The translations under genes were made by a program, and so were the position numbers. A stretch of DNA of 64,000 nt from Eledone cirrhosa. Its lineage: Eukaryota. The notes beneath the pieces are model-generated. The model made no database searches and was not told the DNA's origin. It was given only the letters and a program-made list of their open reading frames with translations. This document shows positions 54,996-64,000 of this stretch, piece after piece. The stretch spans positions 336,660,001-336,724,000 of the forward strand of contig OZ024740.1 in NCBI GenBank assembly GCA_964016885.1. The letters are read 5' to 3'. The number at the start of each line of letters is the position of its first letter. Positions within the stretch are counted from its first letter, which is position 1.

Positions 54996-55215
54996 TACCA
55001 TATATGTTCGTGTACAAGTCATACCTTTTTCCCCACAAAAATACATGAAAAACCAGCATGCGACCTATTTACTGGACCTACAAAACCTCAATTCAAAATA
55101 TTTGGTACATTGTAGCTATTGTATATAAACTGAAGATGTGACTTATCTACCACTGTGACCTATTGGTGTGACTTATCTACTGGTGCAACTAATCTACTGA
55201 TGGAACTTATACACA
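54996..55215. mobile_element. Partial Tc1/mariner (Tc2/Tigger-like) non-autonomous element
   Basis: TA|CCATATATGTTCGTGTACAAGTC terminus and repeated GACTTAT/GACCTAT sub-terminal motifs. The second TIR is not clear. Confidence 0.45.
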
Positions 55216-56815
55216 CACACACTGCCATCGTCGTCATCGTCATTTAATGTCCATTTTCCATGCTTGTATGGATTAGACAGGTTGTCGCATTATGAGACAA
55301 GTCAGGTGCAGGGACTTTGTCCTGCTCATATGGATCTGTATTTTGGCTTCGTTTCTACAGCTGGAAGCCATTCCTAACACCAACCACATTACAATATGAA
55401 CTGGGAGCTTTTTATTGTGGCACCGAAATGACCACCTTACAATGTAGACTGGGTGCTTTTTGTCATGTCACCAACATCACCACCTTACAGTATATATATG
55501 GTAACTGTTATTTTACATACAGCTTGCACTGCTAGCCATTCTCTTTAATAGCTGATGACTGGGGAATACAATGATTTCAGCAGTTTCCAATAGTTACAGG
55601 TTGCATTGATGCTACTAGGGAATGTCCAAGTTAGTTCTCCCACAGTTTAGTACACTTTTACCTAGTGTGGTACCATTCTGTGAGAAGAAATATAGTGCAC
55701 CAATTCCAGTTGTCTCTATTCCTCATACACAGCTTTAAAAACAATGTATACACTTCCATATGCCCTTCCTCAGTGGATGGAGCATGTTTTTTCACCATTC
55801 TATTAATTTTAGTACTCCAGCATCTAACATATACTCATGGCAATAGCCATGGATTCATAACTCCTGATAGTGTTGTAAGGGTACTGTCAGTAGATTTTTA
55901 AAACTTGGTGGTTCCCAGCCTTCTCCAGGTCTAAACACAGCTGGTTTCTTTCAAAGAGAGAGAGACGGAGCAGATATAGAAAAAGAATCAATAACACACC
56001 CCTCTCCTCAGTAATGGGCTGATACTTTATTTATCGACTTCAAAACGATGAAAGGCAAAGTTGAACTCAACAGGATTTGAACTCAGAGCGCAGTGAGCCA
56101 GAGCACATACTGAGGTATTTTTAATCTGGGCCTTAACAACTCTGCCAAATCATCACCAATGCCTATATATACATATATACAATACAATATATATGATGTG
56201 ATGGGGGGACATTAAAAAGTAATATAACAGTAAGCCAGGAGAAGTGTAAAGATTGTTGTTGTTGTTTAACCCCTGGTCAACTCTTATTGAACAGACCTAT
56301 GATAAAAGACATTCCACTCATGACCACCAACCCTTCTTTTTAGAGTTCTGTAAGACTAAACTGAAATCATTAGAGCATCATGTGGATGTATATCATGGTG
56401 GGTGGAATTATAGAGTGGTGCTATGGATGTGTGCATATATATATGAAGAAATGGGACTGACTGTTTTTCCGTTGTTTTTTCCATAGACTTTGTCCTGTGT
56501 TGAATATGTTTATGAAATGAATATCGTTTTTTACATAAACAATATTAAAAAAATTATAAAGATAGGTGGAGAAGTTAAAGACAGCTCAAAATAGAGTAAT
56601 TTATTATAAGCAATACAAAAGGCTATGTATCATACCCCTTAGAAAGAATTTTCCAAAAAAGCATGTATACAAAATCATATTGTGCTAAAAATATCAATTA
56701 CATTAGAAATAAATTATTCATTAAAATAGACACCAAATACATTAATACAATAAATGCTGATTTACGAACGTTTCATCCCCTTCCTGGGACTTTTCAAAAC
56801 CAGTTATTTAATAAT

Positions 56816-57004
56816 TGTTTCTACTTTTGGCACAAGGCCAGCAATTATCCCAGTGCATTACTGGTACTGTATTTTATCGACCCCGTAAGGATGAAAGGCA
56901 AAGTTAACCTCGGCGGGATTTGAACTCAGAATGGCAAGGGCCGTAATTCTATGCGTCAAAGCATGGTGTCCGACCCTCTACCGATACTGCCAATCCACCG
57001 CCAT
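56816..57004 (-). mobile_element. Young full-length family A SINE with 12-bp TSD
   Basis: A-box TGGCAGTATCGG and B-box GAGTTCAAATCC. TTATTTAATAAT is present at 56804-56815 and 57005-57016. Confidence 0.9.
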
Positions 57005-57020
57005 TTATTTAATAATAAAG

Positions 57021-57900
57021 CCTCATAATCTCACCAAAGCAAGCGACAGCCAGCAGCTAAAGAAATTGTTTACATTTTTACTATAAATACCAATTTTTTT
57101 TTTTTATTTATATGATAAATATAAGAAGAGAAAAATATAAACTTTATAAAAATTGCTAAAAAATATTAAAAAAGATAAGAAGGAAAAAATAAAGACATAA
57201 ACATATACATAAATACACACACATATATACAAATATAGATATATACATACATGGAAATATATATATACATATATATACATACATTCATATCTACCTACAT
57301 ACACACATACTTAAGTATATACACGTATATATATAGATATACACCCACTTATATGTACATAAATAACATATATACACACACACATAAATATATACCCGTA
57401 TATATAGAGAGATATACACCCACTTAAACATACATAAAAACATATATAACCACATACAAATACATATGCACATATACACATATATACAAATACATATATA
57501 TATATATACATACATATATATAAATATACATATATATATACATATACACATACATATACACACATACATACATATACACACCCACATATAAAAATACAAA
57601 TATACACTACTACCCATGCAGTCATATCAAAAAATACATATATATATACATATATAAAAAAAATATAACTTTGATAGGTTTGGGCCAGTATTGGCCCAGG
57701 CTATGTCTAACTTAATAGCACCATCTGGAAATATATATACACATACAAATAAATATGTAAAAATGTGCTAGGGTGGTTTGACATTGTATTTCTGTAGTTG
57801 AACAACATAGCTTTTCTATACATAATGGCATCATTTCCAATTTTTTTTAAATGTAAACAATTTCTTTAGCTGCTGGCTGCTGGCTGAGATTATAATGAGG
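57021..57900. mobile_element. 880-bp element bounded by long inverted repeats, filled with TA/CA simple sequence
   Basis: 57047-57077 is the exact reverse complement of 57849-57879. The outer ends are CCTCAT / ATGAGG. Confidence 0.7.
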
Positions 57901-58121
57901 TTATATATATAAATGAAATTAGAATTTTATTTCTTGCCCAAGCACAGCTGATACATAAATGTAAGTATGCATACACACACACACACACACATATGTACGC
58001 AAGAGTTATATCGAACATATAATAATAATATTTGATTCGTTTGTAAACAAACGGCCTGATTTAAAGCTGTGTGGTGCGGATGACCAAGCGTCATCCATTT
58101 GTTCAAGACTGGCATTCAGGA

Positions 58122-58164
58122 ACAATCAACATGTTTCTGGGTCATTACCCTTCATCGGGACTGT
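58122..58164 (-). ncRNA. Minimal type I hammerhead ribozyme, U4C variant
   Basis: ACAGTC-CCGATGA-A-GGGT-AATG-ACCC-A-GAAAC-AT-GTT-GATTGT has a 6-bp stem I (one G.U), stem II GGGU/ACCC and a palindromic AACAUGUU helix III. Confidence 0.75.
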
Positions 58165-59029
58165 ATACTTCTGCCAGTCTGTTGAATGGTTGAAAATATA
58201 TAGTATTTCCTTAAGTATATATCAGCTAAGTAGCCTCATTTGCATACCAAGGGAGTTGCGGCTGGCTTTGCCGAAAATTAAAAATAAAATTAGAATTTTA
58301 TTTCTCGCTCTATGCATAATTACATATATATATATACACACACAGATACTAACACAGTAGAACAATATTTAGACAGAAGATGGACCTGGCAAATGAACAA
58401 ACTGAGTTACTATAGGGTCAAGATGACCCTTTGGTTTTATCAAGGACTTGATAACCTCTCTAAAGTGGGTACCATGTTAAAACACACCCTGTACACTGGA
58501 AGGGCATGTAGCTGTAGAAATTATACCAAAATATGGAACGTGAACAAGACTTGGTTATCTGACCATATCTTATCACGGTTCGTGATGACCTGTCCTACTC
58601 ATACCATTGAAAAACAGATATATATCAGTTTCTTTTTTTATCCATGTTCCACACTAGTGTGGGTTTGATGGGTTGTCGCATTTTCTGACTAGACAGATCG
58701 GATGACCACGACTTGTTTATATGATGCTTTTTGGGGCCTGATTTCTAAAGCTGGATACCCTCACTAATGCCAAATACTTTACACTGTGTACAGGGTATAT
58801 TTTATCATAGCACTGGCATTACAACTTCACAGAGAGGACTGAGTGCATTTTATCATGGTAACAGCACTACTATTGTATATATTGGGCTGGGTGTTTTTTA
58901 TTATGACACCAGTAATGTCACCATACAGAGTGGACAGGGTGTATTTCCAGTGGGGCATATACATATATTATAGCATATATCATCATCTTCTTCATTTAAT
59001 GTCTGTTTTCCTTGCTATCATCATCTTCA

Positions 59030-59605
59030 TCGTTTCTATCTCTGCTTTTCCATGCTTGTATGGGTTGGACAGGTCTTTCTCAGCACAACATCTCTCCACT
59101 TGCTGCATTTCTTTGTCATTTCCTCTGCCACCCTTAGTGATTTAAGGTCTGCTCTCACAACCTCTGTCCAGGTCTTTCTTGGTCGCCCTCTATGGAACAA
59201 ACAAACTGAAGCATGGAACAAACTACCTGCATCAGTTGTTAGCTGTCGAGACACTGCATCCTTTAAGGCCTCCATGCTTCCCGAAATCTGCCAACACTAC
59301 AGCTAACACATACACACATGTACTTCCCTGACATTTGTGTATTATTTTATGTACTATACATACACCTTTGGCGAGTTGTAGTGCACCTGAGTACTTTACA
59401 CAATAATTTCATTATTATTATTGTGGCTTCCTTCCACTGGGATTTCTTGACATTTCTTCACTCATCGATCATTGTCCATGCGCAACACATGTCCATACCA
59501 ACACAGTCTTCTCTCCTACACACCATTTAGGAACCCCTTAAACACAGCTTCTCTCTCAGCTCGTCCAAGCTCTGCCTTTGTCTCACATTTACATTGCACA
59601 TCCAT
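59030..59605 (-). mobile_element. RTE 3' end interrupted by a + strand fragment of another LINE 3' end
   Basis: Minus strand GRPRKTWTEVVRADLKSL. The + strand insert reads EAWNKLPASVVSCRDTASFK. Confidence 0.65.
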
Positions 59606-60051
59606 ATCATATATATATATAGTTCAAGGAAACAACAAACAGAGGTACAAAATGTCTTATTAGTTTCACGCTTTATATGGAAAAGGAGAAAGAAAGTTCG
59701 ATGTGTTGGGCTTTAGCCCTTCTTCAGGAGTACAAAATTAAAGACAGGATCACAAAGGAGATACAGAAATAAAGGAGTCCAAGTAAAGAAAAAACATTGA
59801 AAATAAAGAATGTAAACAAGACAAACTTGGAACAAGACAAAGATGGAATGGAAAGTGAAGTGTGTGTGTGTATTAGTATCGATACTATGTGTATAGTGGC
59901 AAGTAAGGGTTTATAGTAATGGTATGACAGTATAGAGTGGTGGTGTGTAGATTTATAATGTTAGTGTAGCAGTATAGATTGGTGGGAAAGTGGTTTATAC
60001 AGCAGTGTAGTGGAGGTATTTATTGGTGGAACAGATGTATATAATACTTAT

Positions 60052-60241
60052 AATAATTGTTTCTACTTCTGGCACAAGGCCCAGAATTAAATCAGTGCAT
60101 TACTGGTACTTTATTTCGACCCCGTAAGGATGAAAGGCAAAGTTAACCTCAGCGGGATTTGAACTCAGAATGGCAAGGGCTGTAACTCTATGTGTCAAAG
60201 CATGGTGTCCGACCCTCTACCGATACTGCCAATCCACCGCC
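60052..60241 (-). mobile_element. Young family A SINE
   Basis: Near-identical to the 56816 and 60608 copies. Confidence 0.9.
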
Positions 60242-60607
60242 ATATAATCATCATCATCATCATTTCATTTTACGTCCACTTTTCCCTGCTTGCAAGGGTG
60301 GGACGGGAACTGATTCTGGCTTGATTTCTACAGCTGGATGCCCTTCCTAACACCAACCTCATTTACAGTGAGTGCTGGGTGATTTTTTGCCGTGACACCT
60401 CCACGACCACTTTGCAGTGGAATGATAGGGAGCCCAGTCCCTATCATCTCATTTCTACAGCTGAGTAAACTGGAGCAATGTGAAATAAAGTGCCTTGCTC
60501 AACGAAACAACACATCACCCGGTCTGAGAATTGAACTCACAACCTTTCGATTGCAAGGCCAATGCTCTAACCACTAAGCCATGTGCCTCCATAATATTTA
60601 TAATAAT

Positions 60608-60795
60608 TGTTTCTACTATTGGCACAAGGCCAGAAATTAACCAGTACATTACTGGTACTTTATTTTATCGATCCCGTAAGGATGAAAGGCAAAGTTAACC
60701 TCGGCGGGATTTGAACTCAGAATGGCAAGGGCCGTAACTCTATGCGTCAAAGCATGGTGTCCGACCCTCTACCGATACTGCCAATCCACCGCCAT
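60608..60795 (-). mobile_element. Young family A SINE with 17-bp TSD, just upstream of exon 2
   Basis: ATAATATTTATAATAAT at 60591-60607 and 60796-60812. Confidence 0.9.
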
Positions 60796-60841
60796 ATAAT
60801 ATTTATAATAATATCAATAATTCTGTTTTGTTATTTTCCAG

Positions 60842-60937
60842 ATAATGATGGTGACTTGATTCATTTCACATCTAATGAAGAACTTGCTGAAGCTCTTAGA
60901 ACTGTTGTAGATGGAGTACTTAAAGTGTTTGTCCAAG
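60842..60937 (+). CDS. SQSTM1: Sequestosome-1/p62 homologue, coding exon 2 (PB1 acidic OPCA motif), 96 nt; the gene continues beyond the window
   Basis: (D)NDGDLIHFTSNEELAEALRTVVDGVLKVFVQ resembles human [32 protein letters not shown]. The acceptor is TTTTCCAG| and the donor CAAG|GTAGGA. Confidence 0.9.
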
Positions 60938-60983
60938 GTAGGAAATTGAAGTGAATATCTTTTGGGCTGAGATGAACGATCTC

Positions 60984-61220
60984 TGTGTGTGTGTGTGTGA
61001 TGATGATGATGTTGTTGCGTTTGAGGTGGTGGTGGTGGCATTGGTGTGTTGTTGTTGTTGTTGTTATCATCATTGTTGTTGTTCTTGTTGTTGTGGTGGT
61101 GGGACTTGGCGTGTTGTTGTTCTTGTGTGGAGGGGGCCTGGTGCATTGTTGTTGTTGTTGTCATCGCCGTTGTTGTTGTTGTTGTTGTGGTGGTGGTGCT
61201 GGATGTGGTGCTGGTTGTGA
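60984..61220. repeat. (GT)/(GAT)/(GTT)/(GGT) compound microsatellite
   Basis: Direct observation. Confidence 0.9.
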
Positions 61221-61514
61221 TTGAGTACTCATTACAAACATTTTATATTTGATATTCAATAATTAATATTCATAATTTTAATCAAGAGAGGCACTGCCTT
61301 CCCCACCCAGGCAACACATCTCTGCACCATACCACTACAATCACCACTACTACACCATTATAGTCGTCAGTACAACACCACTACACCATTATAGCCATCA
61401 GTACTATATCACTACAACCATTACCACCACACTGCTACAACCACCACTATAGCCATCAGTACACCACCACTACACCATTAAAACCGGCAGTATTGGTTGG
61501 CCATTGGAAAATAT

Positions 61515-61696
61515 ATTTTGTGACATAGAGTTACGTCCCTTTACGTTCTGAGTTCAAATCCCGCCAAGGTTAGCATTGCCTTTCATCCTTACAGGGTCGA
61601 TGAAATAAAATACCAGTAACATACTGGGGTCGATTTAATCGACTTTCCCCTCCCCTAAAAATTGTTGACCTTGTGCCTAAAATCAGAAACTATTAT
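61515..61696 (+). mobile_element. Family A SINE, + orientation, within a CAC-rich tract
   Basis: TTCTGAGTTCAAATCCCGCC...GTCGATGAAATAAAATACCAGT. Confidence 0.85.
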
Positions 61697-61699
61697 AGC

Positions 61700-62632
61700 C
61701 ATCATAACTACATCACTACCCCTACCACCACATCCACTACAACCATTACCAGCACACTGCACCACTATAACCATCAATATAACACCACTATAGCCACCAC
61801 CACACCACTACCATACCACTATAGCCACCACCACACCACTACCATACCACTACAAGTACCACCATAACACTGTAGCCCTCATCACCACATCACCAAACCC
61901 ACTACCATACCACTATAGCTATCACTACCACATCATTACACCCACTACAACCCCAACCAAACCACAATGGCCATCACTACCACTCCACTACAACCACCAC
62001 CACACCACTACAATCACCACCACACTACAACTACCTTCACACTACCACACCACTATAGCCACAACAATCACCACACCACTATAGCCACAACAATCACCAC
62101 ACCACTATAGCCACAACAATCACCACACCACTATAGTCACAATCACCACCACACTACCACACCACCACATCACCACCACCACCACCACACCACCACCACC
62201 ACCACCACCACCACACTACCACATTACCACACCACCACCACCACCACACTACCACATTCCCACACCACTACACTACCACATTACCACACCACCACCACCA
62301 CACTACCACATTACCACACCACCACCACCACACTACCACATTACCACACCACCACCACCACACTACCACATTACCACACCACCACCACCACCACCACCAC
62401 ACTACCACATTACCACACCACCACCACCACACTACCACATAACCACACCACCACCACACGACACTATCACATTACCACACCACCACCACCACACACCACC
62501 ACCACCCTACCACCACCACACTACCACACCACCACCACCACACTACCACACTACCACACTACCACACCACCACCACCATCATCACTACCACACCACCACT
62601 ATAGTCATCCCTACCATACAACTACTACCAAC
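61700..62632. repeat. CAC/CTA low-complexity array
   Basis: Direct observation, including 30-bp units CACTACCACATTACCACACCACCACCACCA. Confidence 0.9.
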
Positions 62633-63541
62633 ACGGGTAAATCTTCACAAATATTCCAGTATTAATTTAGTAAATTCTATGTAATTCCTTAAGTTATTGA
62701 TAAAGATAAATCCTATATTATGTTAGTTACTAAAGTGATTAATTTATAAAATCCCTTCTCGTTAAATTAATAAACATTAATTGATTATATATGCAGCACT
62801 TAAATACAGCTAAACCAAGATTTATATTGTTGGAAGCAGATAGAAAGTTATATACTTGGTCTGCTAACAAATTCTAATAATTGATCATTTCGGTATTGTT
62901 AAACCAGAGAGATTATTAGGAATTTACTGCTAAGACTTTTAATGTAAATGATATTCAGATATTACAGCACCAGTTTTATCATGTGTATCTCCATGTATTT
63001 GAATATGTACACCATATGTCTAGATGTTGTAAGAGGCAACTAATAGGGAAAGGCATCTTCTGGCCATAAGACACTGCCTCGAAAAGTCCGGTCCAACTCC
63101 TGTTGGCATGGAAAGGTTGGCACAGAAACGGTGGTAGTAGTGGTGAGGGGGTGTCATTGTGGTTATGGTGGTTATGGTGGTTGTGGTGGCAGCAGCAGTA
63201 GTGGTGATAGTGGTAGAGGTGATGGTGGTAGTGGTGGTGATGGTGGTGGTGTAGTGTTGGTGGTCATGGTCATGGTAGTTCTGGTGGTGGTGGTGGTGGC
63301 ATTGGTGGTCGTGGTCATGGTAGTTGTGGTAGTGGTGGTGGTGGTGGTTTGTGATGTGTTAGAGAGAGACATTATTACAGTGTGACAAAACCAACAAACA
63401 AACATACAAAAGTGACATAGTCGTGTATATTGAGAATTGTAAAATATATATTTGTAAGTAAATATATTTTGTTGTTAAAATTTCTTTTTAACATTTTGTT
63501 CCAGTATGATAAGATTTTTTTTGTTGAAAATTGACTTAATT

Positions 63542-63752
63542 AATGGTTTCTGATTTAGGCACAAGGCTAGTGATTTGGGGGGGAGGGAAAAGTCGATTAA
63601 ATCAACCCCAGTACATGACTGGTACTTTATTTTATCGACCCCATAAGGATGAAAGGCAATGCTAACCTTGGAGATTTGAATTCAGAGCGCCGAAAGTGAG
63701 AAAAAATACCACAAGGCATTTTGTTCTATACTCTAACAACTACCAATTTGTC
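63542..63752 (-). mobile_element. Older family A SINE
   Basis: ACTGGTACTTTATTTTATCGACCCCATAAGGATGAAAGGC...TTGAATTCAGA. Confidence 0.82.
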
Positions 63753-64000
63753 TGCACTGATCTGTGTCCCATCAGTGGGGTATTGCTTTTTTCTTTCTCA
63801 AATTGATGCTTGTATTATGTAATATCAAACACAGTATTGTTATATAATGTCGGTTCCATGATAAAATGAACACAATACATTCTGTAAAGGGTTTGGTGTT
63901 AAGGAGGAGATCCTGCTTATAGAAACCATACCATACAAAAAGTAGAGCGGATTCTTCCGTTATGTCAAGGACATGACAACCTCCTTTATACTGCTAGTGC

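Larger units (their letters stand above)
36713..60841 (+). other. Intron 1 of the SQSTM1-like gene (24,129 bp, GT-AG, phase 1)
   Basis: GTAAGT...TTATTTTCCAG. Splicing joins G+AT into Asp and restores a contiguous PB1 domain. Confidence 0.85.

Noticed and set aside
56900-57002. tRNA genes (A and B boxes in many repeats)
   Set aside because: These are SINE heads continuing into a shared body and tail with TSDs, and no cloverleaf is evident.
60938-64000. p62 exon 3 (ZZ zinc finger)
   Set aside because: No CDxC...RYKC...DYDLC-like coding sequence was found, so it presumably lies beyond the window.

Overview
Eukaryotic, AT-rich, repeat-dominated genomic DNA. The SINE and microsatellite landscape resembles octopus genomes (inference from recalled repeat motifs). 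One host gene is supported: the 5' part of a p62/SQSTM1 (sequestosome-1) homologue on the + strand. Its PB1 domain is split between exon 1 (36538-36712) and exon 2 (60842-60937) by a 24.1-kb intron, and HSE and CRE motifs lie upstream. The rest is mobile and tandem DNA: a >9-kb 35-bp G-rich minisatellite with a 3.6-kb higher-order repeat, apparently grown inside a pogo-like DNA transposon remnant; a ~9.7-kb CAC/CAA array; hAT-type MITEs, including a family with 6-bp TSDs; a decayed Chapaev3-like transposase; RTE and CR1/L2-like LINE fragments; several tRNA-derived SINE families; long perfect palindromes; and several minimal hammerhead-ribozyme motifs of the Penelope-like/retrozyme type. Nearly all long ORFs in the supplied track are artefacts of simple repeats.
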